Below, piece after piece: positions 46,271 through 57,079 of a stretch of DNA of 64,000 nucleotides. The DNA comes from Mobula hypostoma (taxonomy: Eukaryota), in the NCBI RefSeq assembly GCF_963921235.1, contig NW_026948141.1:1-64000 (forward strand), given 5' to 3'. Under the pieces are notes generated by a model. It was given only the letters and a program-made list of their open reading frames with translations. It searched no databases and was not told the DNA's origin. Numbering within the stretch: position 1 is the first letter of the stretch; each line of letters starts with the position of its first letter. A program made the position numbers and the translations under genes.

Positions 46271-46792
46271 CATCGACTTCTCTAACTTCCGCTAAGGCCC
46301 CACCTCCCCCTCGTACCCCATCTGTTACTCATTTTTATGCACACATTCTTTCTCTCACTCTCCTTTTTCTCCCTCTGTCCCTCTGAATATACCTCTTGCC
46401 CATCCTCTGGGTCCTCCCCCCCCCCCGCTTGTCTTTCTTCCCGAACCTCCTGTCCCATGATCCTCTCGTATCCCCTTTTGCCTATCACCTGTCCAGCTCT
46501 TGGCTCCATCCCTCCCCCTCCTGTCTTCTCCTATCATTTTGGATCTCCCCCTCCCCCTCCAACTTTCAAATCCCTTACTCACTCTTTCTTCAGTTAGTCC
46601 TGACGAAGGGTCTCGGCCTGAAACGTCGACTGCACCTCTTCCTAGAGATGCTGCCTGGCCTGCTGCGTTCACCGGCAACTTTGATGTATGTTGCTTGAAT
46701 TTCCAGCATCTGCAGAATTCCTGTAGTTTGCATTTAAACATCCATGAAGCTCTCTTTTTAAATACCCGCCGCCAACCTACGAGAAACACCTC
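46271..46792 (+). mobile_element. Penelope-like element pseudo-LTR plus a short 3' extension
   Basis: Starts at the ORF end (IDFSNFR*), followed by a pyrimidine-rich body, the hammerhead motif, and GATGCTGCCTGGCCTGCTGCGTTCACC..CAGCATCTGCAGAATTCC. Confidence 0.88.
46595..46632 (+). ncRNA. Minimal type I hammerhead ribozyme of a Penelope-like element
   Basis: Stem I TAGTC/GACTG, core CTGACGA (46600-46606), stem II AGG-GTCTCGG-CCT, GAAA (46620-46623), palindromic ACGT stem III, cleavage triplet GTC (46625-46627). Confidence 0.85.
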
Positions 46793-47304
46793 TTCGTGGA
46801 GCTCTGTTGACACCGCTGATAGGCCCCATAATTTAATAGGTAGTGGGAGCTTATCCCTACCACCCTCCCCTGGCTATGCCAATCTTGAAGAACCATTATT
46901 CCAATACGTAATAATAAAAAACTATAAATTACAATAGAAAATATATTTTAAAAATTAAATAAAGTAGCACAAAATGAGAGCAAGAGAAAAGGAAAAAAAA
47001 TCCTGGCAAAAAGAGACTAAACAGGCCCAGATTGTGGCAGCCTAGTAAACAAACACCTGACACATGGTTCTGGTGTGAAACGGATGCAGAATTTCCACCC
47101 CATCACACACGCCTTTCTTCTCTTCCGGTCTGTAATAATCATGTTGAGGATTGTTCAGTGCTCAGGAAACACTACCAGTAGATGAGATTGTAAAGGAAAT
47201 GAATTTTATGCCTGGCCATCGCTGCAGTCATTATTACTATTGAATATATTTACCATTCTGATGCAAAATCATGCATGTAGCAGGCAAATTGGACAAGTTA
47301 AAAT

Positions 47305-47430
47305 TAAAGATTACGGGGAGAAGGCAAGAGAGTGGAGTTGAGAGGGATAATAAATCGGCCATGATGGAATGGTCGATCCAACTTGATGGGCCAAATGGCC
47401 TAATTCTGCTTCTATGTTTTATGGTTTTAA
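47305..47430 (+). mobile_element. CR1 3' terminal fragment
   Basis: GGGGAGAAGGCAAGAGAGTGG...GGCCTAATTCTGCTTCTATGTTTTATGG; similar pieces at 51172-51400 and 62990-63140. Confidence 0.75.
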
Positions 47431-48519
47431 ATGAGTGGAGAAAATAATTGGATTTCTATTTTGCAGGACAAATTTCTTACTGTTCTTAGATTTGATTGTG
47501 GTCTAGTTTAGTCCTGCAGCTACATTACTTAGAATAGTCTGATTTCCCATTTTTTAATCTATTTTTCTTTGTGGTCACTGCTGAGGCTTTATCTCTGGGT
47601 CTTTCAAGACCTTTGCATGCAAGAAGTACTTTCTATCCATTATTTTGAATAGTGAATTTCACTGAGTAAGACAATGACAACAGCATATAAAAGGTTGCCA
47701 GTAATTGCATACTTTACAGTACAGAGTTATGAGCTCAGCCTTCATAAGGAAATTGATGCCAAGCCCTTTCTGAATGCATTGTTTGTATTGCTCTTCTATG
47801 TGGGCAGCAAGTACAGAACTGACTGATGTAATGAGGTTCAGAAGATGACCTTAGGAGCAGCTGCTGTGGGCCCCAGCCATTTTATCTTATTACATTTGGA
47901 GATACAGCATGGAACCGACCCTTCTGGCCCAATCAGCCATACTGGCCAGCAACCCACCTATGTCGAGCCATATAAAACTATAGCACAGAAACACACCCTT
48001 CAGCCCATCTAGTCATTGCTGAACCACTTAAACTGCGTAGTCCCATCAACCTGCACCCAGACCGTAGCCCTTCGTACCCCTAGCAACCACATACCTATCC
48101 AAACTTCTCTTAAATGTTGACATCGGAATCACATCCACCGCTTGCACTGGTGCCTCATTCCACATTCTCACTACCCTCTGAATGAATTTCCCCTCATATT
48201 CCCCTTAAACATTCCACCTCATAATTTTGTATTCCTCTGTTAAATCTCCCCTCAATTTTCTATGTTCTGGAGAGTAAAGTTGTAACTTTTTCTATCCTTT
48301 CTGATAGCTCGGGTCCTTCAGTCCCAGCAACATCCTTGTAGATTTTCTCTGTACTCTTTCAAACTTATTTCATAACATCTCAACTTCTGTATTCAATACT
48401 TTGATCTATGAAGGCCAATGTGCTGAAACTTTCTTTTTGACTATATCTACCTGTGACACCACTTTCAATAAATTATGGACCTGTACTCCCAGATCCCTCT
48501 GTTCTACCGCCCTACTCAG

Positions 48520-48864
48520 CAACGTTCCCTCTAAGTTGAAATGGCCAGTGGGTGCAAAAATCTTGGGCTGTGAAGTGTTTTGCCCAGTGACAACAATAAT
48601 AAAAACAATAATTATTCATCAATAAAAACAGTATAAATAAGCCAGTCCTACAATCTGCAGACAAATCATCGTAAACTCCACGTTGTCAAAACCGTCTGAA
48701 TCAGAAACTGGAAAAGGAATGTGTATGACCGTGAAATACAGTATAGTTAACATACCAACGTGACAGAGGGTGACAACCTTTACAACCTTTTGTGCGCAGA
48801 TTAAATTCCTTTGTGCGCTAGTAGCAAAAGCTGTGTGCATGCGCACACATTAGAGGGAACATTG
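48520..48864. mobile_element. 345-bp non-autonomous hAT-type DNA transposon (MITE)
   Basis: TIRs CAACGTTCCCTCTAA and TTAGAGGGAACATTG (14/15 match). Degenerate 8-bp TSD CTACTCAG (48512-48519) / CTCCTCCG (48865-48872). The host CR1 reads through once it is removed. Confidence 0.8.
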
Positions 48865-49788
48865 CTCCTCCGTGCCCTACTGCTCACTGTGGAAGACCTA
48901 CTCTGATTGGCCCTCCTAAAGGGCAATACTTCACACTTGTCTGCATTAAATTCCATCTGCCATTTTTCAGATGGTCCAGATCCCATTGCAAGCTTTGATT
49001 GTCTTCCTTGCTGTCCTCTATACCCCCAGTCTTGGTGTCACCTGCTAATTTGCTGATCCAATTAATCATATTATCATCCAGATCGTTGATATAGATGTCA
49101 AACAACATCTGACCCAGCACCGATCCCTGCGGCACTCCACCTCCAGCCAGAGAGGCAACCATCTACATCTACCTCCTGGCTTCTCCCGCAAAGCCAATGT
49201 TTAGTCCAATTTACTACTTCATCTTGAATGCCAAATGACTGAACCTTCTCGATCAACCTCCTATGCGAGGTCTTGTCCAATGCCTTGCTGAATTCCATGT
49301 ACACAATATCCATTGCCTTGTCTTCATCAAATTTCCTGGTAAATTCTTTTGAAAAGCTGTATAAGATTGGTTAAACACGACTTACCACTCACAAAGCCAT
49401 GCTGACTATGCCTAATCAGTTCCTGTCTATCCAAATACTCATATATCCAGTCCACTAACTTTCCCACTTCTGATGTCAGGCTCACAGGTTTCCTGGTTTA
49501 TTCTTAGAGTCTTTCTTAAACAGCAGAACAACATTAGCTATTTTCCAATTTTCTGGTACCTCACCTGTCGCTAAGGATGATTTAAATATCTCTGCTATGG
49601 CCCCTGCAATTTATGCACTTGCCTCCCACAGGGTCCAAGGGAATATCTTGTCAGGCCATGGGGATTTATCCAGCCTAATTTACCTCAAGACAGCAAAAAC
49701 GGCGTCCTTTGTAATCGGTACAGGGCCCATGACCTCACTGTGGGACTGTCTTACCTCTATAGACTCTGTGTACATCTCCCGAATGAAT

Positions 49789-49976
49789 TTGTTGTTGTTC
49801 AGTTGAGTGCGACTCTTTGTGACCTCATGGACCATAGGGTCCACAGGGTTTTCATGGCAAAATACGGAAGTAGATTGTCAGGCCTTTCTTCCACGTCGAT
49901 ACTGCTGCTGCCCAGGTTGGGACCCGGCTGGGTTTGAACTCCGGCCCATCTGTCTTGAAGTCACCACCAGCTGCCC
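49789..49976 (-). mobile_element. tRNA-derived SINE with an RTE/BovB-type 3' end
   Basis: Minus strand GGGCAGCTGGTGG head, B box GTTCAAACC, and end CCATGAGGTCACAAAGAGTCGCACTCAACTG(AAC)n. Confidence 0.75.
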
Positions 49977-50164
49977 CTGCCCCACAAATAAATACAGGTG
50001 CAAAAGATCCATTTAAGATCATCTCCGTCTCTTTTGGTTCCATGCATCAATTACCATTCTGGTCTTCCAGAGGACCAATTTTCTCTAACTAGTAACATCA
50101 CCACTCCCCCTTTAATCCCTTCCACTCTATCACATCTAGGTCAACGGAACCCCAGAACATTTGA

Positions 50165-50349
50165 CAGGACAATTTTACAGTGACCAGTTAACCTACTAAC
50201 TAGTATGTCTTTGGACTTTGGGAGGAACCCGGAGGAAACACACTCATTTATGGAAGGATGTAGGTACTTCTCACAGAGAACGCCACATTTGAACTTTGAA
50301 CTCCACCTGGAGCTGTAATTGTGTCGTGCTGATCACTACGCTACCATGG
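50165..50349 (-). mobile_element. Degenerate tRNA-derived SINE
   Basis: Minus strand GGTAGCGTAGTG head and CCGGGTTCCTCCCAAAGTCCAAAGACATAC domain. Confidence 0.7.
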
Positions 50350-50365
50350 TACCCTATATTTTATG

Positions 50366-50883
50366 CAGTTCTGTGTAAAAGTCTCAGGCACATATTTATA
50401 GGTAGGGTGCACAGTACAGTATTTGTTAATGTGGAGTGGAGAGTGAGTCTGCAAATCTGATAGGAGCAAAGATGTTGGGAATGGTGAAGCACCGGCTCCT
50501 GGGAGGGGTTTGGGAAGGTGGCAGAGAAAGAGAGTGGGGGTAGCGGGGGTGCAGATACATCCAGCCCAGAGACATCAGGCAACGGCATGTGATCCAAACA
50601 ATTGGTTTATTGATAATTACAGAATGTCTTTCTGATGCTTCCCACTTTGCCTTCCCCCTTTTTCCAACCATGATTCCTCTCTCCCTGCCCCCTTCCCTCT
50701 CTCAGACCACAATAGAGACCCATATCAGAATCAGGTTTATCATTACTCACATATGTCAGGAAATTTATTTTTTTTTTGTGGAGCAGTACGGTGCAATACA
50801 TAAAATTACTACAGTACTGTGAAAAAGTCTTAGGCACCTTAACTATATATACAGTACATACATCAGACTTTTGCACAGTACTG
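50366..50883. mobile_element. Non-autonomous element bounded by Tc1/mariner-like inverted repeats
   Basis: CAGTTCTGTGTAAAAGTCT at the left, AGACTTTTGCACAGTACTG-TA at the right, and a third internal TIR copy at about 50812. Confidence 0.55.
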
Positions 50884-50949
50884 TATATTTTAAATTTGGG
50901 CACATTGGACTAATCCTAACCTAATATAAAAATTGTTGTCTGTCTGCAG

Positions 50950-51010
50950 GTGAATATTTGCCTAATTTGGTTCAACTAAAGCTGAATGGAAGTTTTATTA
51001 CATCAGTGCG
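50950..51010 (+). CDS. LRRC56: LRRC56 internal coding exon (61 nt, phase 1 to phase 2)
   Basis: Branch CTAAC at 50916-50920, acceptor TTGTCTGTCTGCAG|, donor |GTAGGT. In frame with the previous exon it gives (G)EYLPNLVQLKLNGSFITSV(R), matching recalled human GVHLPNLDQLKLNGSHLGSLR. Confidence 0.92.
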
Positions 51011-51609
51011 GTAGGTTAAACACTTCAAAATAGAGTCATGGAGTTGCAGTATTATACAGCATAGAAGCAGGCCATTCAGCCCAGCTTGTCCACGTTGATC
51101 TGTAGACACCTTTCCAGATAAATCCCATTCACCAGCACTTGGTCCATCGGCTTACTTGCCCCCACCAATCTTTAGCTAGATGGTGGTGAGTCTGTGGAAT
51201 TCATCGCCACAGACGACTGTGGAGGCCAAGTCATTGGGTATATTTACAATGGCAGTTAATAGGTTCTTGATTAGCAAGGATGTCATAGGTTACAGGGAGA
51301 AGGGGAGAGAATGGGGTTGAAAGGGAAAATAAATCAACCACGAGAGATCAGACTTGATGGGCTGAATGGTCTTTTTTGCTCAGCTGTCTTATGGTCCTAT
51401 GGCAATCTCAACACTTCTTTAATGCTGTCAGTGATCCAGCTTCAACCACTCTCCTACAGTTAATTCTGCACATTTACCATTTCCTGAGTGAAAAGATTCT
51501 CCTCATGTCCTCTCTAAAACCTTCAACCCTTACCCTAAACCCATCCTTCTAGTTTTATCTATCTCTGATTTCCTGTGTTTATCACATGACCATAGTTGTT
51601 AAGCTTCTG

Positions 51610-54600
51610 TTGGTCAAGATTGACCATGGATGTTGCGTCCTAGCTGTCTATGTAGTCAGTACGCAAGCCAGGGCAGTACAATATGTAGTCAGTACGCAAG
51701 CCAGGGCAGAACAATATGTAGTCAGTACGCGAGCCAGGCCAGTACAATATGTAGTCAGTACGCAAGCCAGACCAGTACAGTATGTAGTCAGTACGCAAGC
51801 CAGGGCAGTACAATATGTAGTCAGTACGCAAGCCAGGCCAGTACAGTATGTAGTCAGTACGCAAGCCAGGCCAGTACAGTATGTAGTCAGTACGCAAGCC
51901 AGAGCAGTACAATATGTAGTCAGTACGCAAGCCAGGCCAGTACAATATGTAGTCAGTACGCAAGCCAGGCCAGTACAATATGTAGTCAGTACGCAAGCCA
52001 GGCCAGTACAATATGTAGCCAGTACGCAAGCCAGGCCAGTACAGTATGTAGTCAGTACGCAAGCCAGGGCAGTACAATATGTAGTCAGTACGCAAGCCAG
52101 GGCAGTACAATATGTAGTCAGTACGCAAGCCAGGCCAGTACAATATGTAGTCAGTACGCAAGCCAGGCCTGTACAATATATAGTCAGTACGCAAGCCAGG
52201 GCAGTACAATATGTAGTCAGTACGCAAGCCAGGGCAGTACAATATGTAGTCAGTACGCAAGCCAGGGCAGTACAATATGTAGTCAGTACGCAAGCCAGGC
52301 CAGTACAATATGTAGTCAGTACGCAAGCCAGGCCTGTACAATATGTAGTCAGTACGCAAGCCAGTCCAGTACAGTATGTAGTCAGTACGCAAGCCAGGGC
52401 AGTACAATATGTAGTCAGTACGCAAGCCAGGGCAGTACAATATGTAGTCAGTACGCAAGCCAGGCCAGTACAATATGTAGTCAGTACGCAAGCCAGGGCA
52501 GTACAATATGTAGTCAGTACACAAGCCAGGGCAGTACAATATGTAGTCAGTACACAAGCCAGGCCAGTACAATATGTAGTCAGTACACAAGCCGGGGCAG
52601 TACAATATGTAGTCAGTACACAAGCCAGGGCAGTACAATATGTAGTCAGTACACAAGCCAGGGCAGTACAATATGTAGTCAGTACACAAGCCAGGCCAGT
52701 ACAATATGTAGTCAGTACACAAGCCAGGGCAGTACAATATGTAGTCAGTACACAAGCCAGGCCAGTACAATATGTAGTCAGTACACAAGCCAGGGCAGTA
52801 CAATATGTAGTCAGTACACAAGCCAGGGCAGTACAATATGTAGTCAGTACACAAGCCGGGCCAGTACAATATGAGTCAGTACACAAGCCAGGGCAGTACA
52901 ATATGTAGTCAGTACGCAAGCCAGGGCAGTACAATATGTAGTCAGTACGCAAGCCAGGGCAGTACAATATGTAGTCAGTACACAAACCAGGGCAGTACAA
53001 TATGTAGTCAGTACACAAGCCAGGGCAGTACAATATGTAGTCAGTACACAAGCCAGGGCAGTACAATATGTAGTCAGTACACAAGCCGGGGCAGTACAAT
53101 ATGTAGTCAGTACACAAGCCAGGGCAGTACAATATGTAGTCAGTACGCAAGCCAGGGCAGTACAATATGTAGTCAGTACGCAAGCCGGGGCAGTACAATA
53201 TGTAGTCAGTACAACAAGCCAGGGCAGTACAATATGTAGTCAGTACGCGAGCCAGGCCAGTACAATATGTAGTCAGTACGCAAGCCAGACCAGTACAGTA
53301 TGTAGTCAGTACGCAAGCCAGGGCAGTACAATATGTAGTCAGTACGCAAGCCAGGCCAGTACAGTATGTAGTCAGTACGCAAGCCAGGCCAGTACAGTAT
53401 GTAGTCAGTACGCAAGCCAGGGCAGTACAATATGTAGTCAGTACGCAAGCCAGGGCAGTACAATATGTAGTCAGTACGCAAGCCAGGCCAGTACAATATG
53501 TAGTCAGTACGCAAGCCAGGCCAGTACAATATGTAGTCAGTACGCAAGCCAGGGCAGTACAGTATGTAGTCAGTACGCAAGCCAGGGCAGTACAGTATGT
53601 AGTCAGTACGCAAGCCAGGCCAGTACAATATGTAGTCAGTACGCAAGCCAGGCCTGTACAATATGTAGTCAGTACGCAAGCCAGGCCTGTACAATATGTA
53701 GTCAGTACGCAAGCCAGGCCAGTACAGTATGTAGTCAGTACGCAAGCCAGGGCAGTACAGTATGTAGTCAGTACACAAGCCGGGGCAGTACAATATGTAG
53801 TCAGTACACAAGCCAGGCCAGCACAATATGTAGTCAGTACACAAGCCGGGGCAGTACAATATGTAGTCAGTACACAAGCCGGGGCAGTACAATATGTAGT
53901 CAGTACACAAGCCAGGCCAGTACAATATGTAGTCAGTAGACAAGCCAGGGCAGTACAATATGTAGTCAGTACACAAGCCAGGCCAGTACAATATGTAGTC
54001 AGTACACAAGCCAGGGCAGTACAATATGTAGTCAGTACACAAGCCAGGCCAGTAAAATATGTAGTCAGTACAGAAGCCAGGGCAGTACAATATGTAGTCA
54101 GTACACAAGCCAGGGCAGTACAATATGTAGTCAGTACGCAAGCCAGGCCAGTACAGTATGTAGTCAGTACGCAAGCCGGGGCAGTACAATATGTAGTCAG
54201 TACACAAGCCAGGGCAGTACAATATGTAGTCAGTACACAAGCCAGGGCAGTACAATATGTAGTCAGTACACAAGCCAGGGCAGTACAATATGTAGTCAGT
54301 ACGCAAGCCAGGGCAGTACAATATGTAGTCAGTACGCAAGCCAGGCCAGTACAATATGTAGTCAGTACGCAAGCCAGGGCAGTACAATATGTAGTCAGTA
54401 CGCAAGCCAGGGCAGTACAATATGTAGTCAGTACACAAGCCAGGGCAGTACAATATGTAGTCAGTACACAAGCCAGGGCAGTACAATATGTAGTCAGTAC
54501 ACAAGCCAGGCCAGTACAATATGTAGTCAGTACACAAGCCAGGGCAGTACAATATGTAGTCAGTACACAAGCCAGGGCAGTACAATATGTAGTCAGTACA

Positions 54601-54950
54601 CAAGCCAGGCCAGTACAATATGTAGTCAGTACACAAGCCGGGGCAGTACCATATGAAGAGCAAGCTGTTCACCTGCAGCAGGCTCTCCCTCTCCACACAG
54701 CTGATGAATCCAAAGGAACGGCAGAGAATGATACAGTTTGGCACCAGTGGCATCGCAGGAGTTGCTAGACAACATTGAACTCAACATAGGACTGCCTTAG
54801 GGATTCCTGCTCCAGATTTGTCCTTGATGCTTGCTCCTGAAACCTTCCCCATGAGTGGGTATAGCTGCAGCAGTGGAGATTTGAGATCCAAGGTTTCCTT
54901 CTCCTAGATGACCTGCCAATCACGGCTGATGAGCTCCGCCTGCCTGAACT
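51610..54950 (-). mobile_element. Interspersed element copy 2 (same family as 40990-46870 and 63645-64000), hosting the 33-bp array
   Basis: Left flank TGACCATGGATGTTGCGTCCTAGCTGTCTA and right flank AGAGCAAGCTGTT...CAGCTGATGAATCCAAAGGAAC align with 41007-41132 and 41535-41770. Confidence 0.85.
51649..54655. repeat. 33-bp minisatellite, 91 units
   Basis: Unit TATGTAGTCAGTAC(G/A)CAAGCCAGG(G/C)CAGTACAA. Length 3007 bp = 91 x 33 + TATG, with one -1 indel (about 52873) and one +1 indel (about 53213). Confidence 0.99.
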
Positions 54951-55268
54951 ACCGTATCCTCTCTCCTCTCTCCTCGTTCTCTTCTGTAGCTCAGTCATGT
55001 TCTCTCTTAGCCTTCTCTGTTCTGGAAAGAACAGTTACTGGAGGCATGAATACGGTAACATAAGGTTCAAGTTTATCAGATATACTTTGAAACCTACAGT
55101 GAAATGCATCATTTGCATTAACGAGCAAAACATCCAAGAAAGCTCTGGGGGCAGCCCACAAGTTTCACCTCACATTCTGGCACCAGCATAGCACGTCCAC
55201 AATGCTCAACAGAACAACAAGCAACAAATCAACAGCAAAACGAGCCCTGTTACTCCCTGGTCCCCACC

Positions 55269-55270
<2 letters not shown>

Positions 55271-55307
<37 letters not shown>
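55271..55307. repeat. (CA)18 microsatellite inside a minus-strand LINE 3' UTR remnant (about 55065-55310)
   Basis: Perfect CA run. The flank ACAGTGAAATGCAT...CTGGGGGCAGCCC is shared with 39628-39685. Confidence 0.9.
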
Positions 55308-55309
<2 letters not shown>

Positions 55310-56477
55310 TTAACAGAAAAGGTAGCCAGTGTCTTTTTTCCCACACTTGAAATGTCAACTAGTTGATGCCTAGATATATCTAGGATGTGCTGGGACACAT
55401 CATCAGTGACGTAACCGGGGGTTATCAAGTGTTTCAAATCTTTCAACATCAGTCATCCTCACCCAGGCGACCCAGCTAGGGTTAATCAGCCCCCGGCTTG
55501 TATCCCAGCAGCAGTGGTCCACGGGTCACACGTCTTAATCCACAGCCATCCAGAGGCTTATGTGAGAGAGTAGGTTCTGCAGAGCAAGCAGCCAGCAGAG
55601 TCTCTACACCCCACCTCTATAGGCTCACATTGTGCCCTCCGCTCCCGTCTTCAGCACTACTCTATCAGCTGCTGGTATTTGGCCTTCTAGTGCTTAAATG
55701 CCTGCTCAATCCGGTCTTCCCAAACTTGTCAGTTCTACTATGATCTCCTGTTTCAAGCTTTCTGACAGACTATGTCAGGCCTCAGTGATGATGTTGTGAT
55801 GAGGTAAGGGAACTTTAATTGCTTGTCAAGATCAGTTTTCAGTTACCAGTCAGATGCCGTGGCAAGCAAGCCTGTTGGTTATCTGGGCTGTGGTTGGTTT
55901 CCAGCTTTGGGTTGGTGGAGGTGCTTCCTGTTGTTAATGGCCGAGGGGATATTTTCTGCCGCTGTCTTCAGCACCTGATCATGGCACCAGCGATAGCAGC
56001 CTTCACCCAGTGCTTTTGTGCACCTGCTGAGGATGTGTTCCAGGGTCGCTGTGCCAGGGCAGAGAGGACATGATGGTGCCTCGCTATTGCCCTAAGCAAA
56101 TAGATTCGCTGGACTAGACAGGACGTTGTGCAAAGCGTCAAAGGTTCATTTTATTGTCAAAGTATGCAGAGAGCCATGAAATACAGAAAGACGGTGGGAG
56201 TTGTTGAAAGAAAAGACATCAACTCCTCCCCCCCCACCCGGCATGAAAAAGAAAAAATAACCAAAACTCGCAAACCCCGACATCCCCCACACCCTCTCCC
56301 ACAGGAGAAAACTTCAACAACAGTAACAAATACCCAACCCCTCCCCAACAGAAAAGAACAGTCACAATAGCATCAACCCTTCCCCCCCCACCCTCACACA
56401 CAAAAAATTAACAAATCACCCACCCGTCAATCGGCCACAAGAAGGAAAACACTGAAAAACACAGATTGGATCATTAA

Positions 56478-56795
56478 CTTGATGCGCTGGGGTTCTGCCT
56501 GTTAAATACTGGAGGGTATAGCTTTAAGGTGCGAGAAGAAAAGTTTAAAGAGGATTTCGGAATCAAGTTTCTTTCACACGTACAGTGGTGGGTGATCAGA
56601 ACACACTGCCATGGGAGGTGGTAGGAGCAGGTATGACTGCAATGTTTAAGGGTCATTTAGACAGATGTGATAAGGTAGGCAATGGCAGATATAGACCATG
56701 TGCAGTGAGAGGGGAGTAGTTATATTGGCCTTGTAGTTGGGATAAACGTGGGCTAAAGAGCCTGTTCATGGCTGTACTATTCTATGTTCTATATG
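56478..56795 (+). mobile_element. Old CR1 3' fragment
   Basis: GAGGGTATAGCTTTAAGGTG...GCCTGTTC..CTGTACTATTCTATGTTCTAT tail. Confidence 0.7.
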
Positions 56796-57079
56796 CTTTA
56801 CTCGTTGAACTCCTTGCATTGAAATGGATGCATTTTAGCTTTGAACTCCTCTGTTGTGCACTTACTTGTTTTCCTTACTGGACTTTATATCTGCTCTTGG
56901 TGATTGTACCTGTCTAACAGAACAATTACTCAGAGTCCCCTTCCCTTGCCAACTCAGTTTAAACCTTCCCTCACAGTGCCAGCAAGCCCATCAGCAGAGA
57001 TGTTGGTGCTTTCCTGGGTAAAGCGCAACCTGTTGCTCTGGTATAGGTCCCATCTTCACTAGAAATCGTGTTGCTCCTC

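Larger units (their letters stand above)
40990..46870 (-). mobile_element. Non-coding interspersed element of about 600 bp (probably RTE-derived), copy 1, split into 40990-41132, 41535-41932 and 46831-46870
   Basis: The pieces are collinear with the copies at 51610-54950 (-) and 63645-64000 (+). ATTTAA is duplicated at 41927-41932 and 46831-46836 around the large nested block. Confidence 0.75.
47965..50085 (-). mobile_element. Decayed CR1 LINE ORF2 interrupted by a hAT-type MITE and a SINE
   Basis: Frameshifted RT remnants DIVYMEFSKALDK, GVPQGSVLG..YINDLD..SKLAGDTK and KWQMEFNADKCEVL. Confidence 0.88.

Noticed and set aside
34869..54655. CRISPR-like appearance of the 33-bp and 69-74-bp repeats
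   Set aside because: Units are head-to-tail with no unique spacers, there are no cas genes, and the context is vertebrate.
51586..54753. 400-500 aa ORFs of 11-aa repeats (QYVVSTQARAV, CSQYASQGSTI, YCPGLCTDYIL)
   Set aside because: A 33-bp unit is a multiple of 3, so several frames on both strands stay open. The array has internal frameshifts and derives from a non-coding element.
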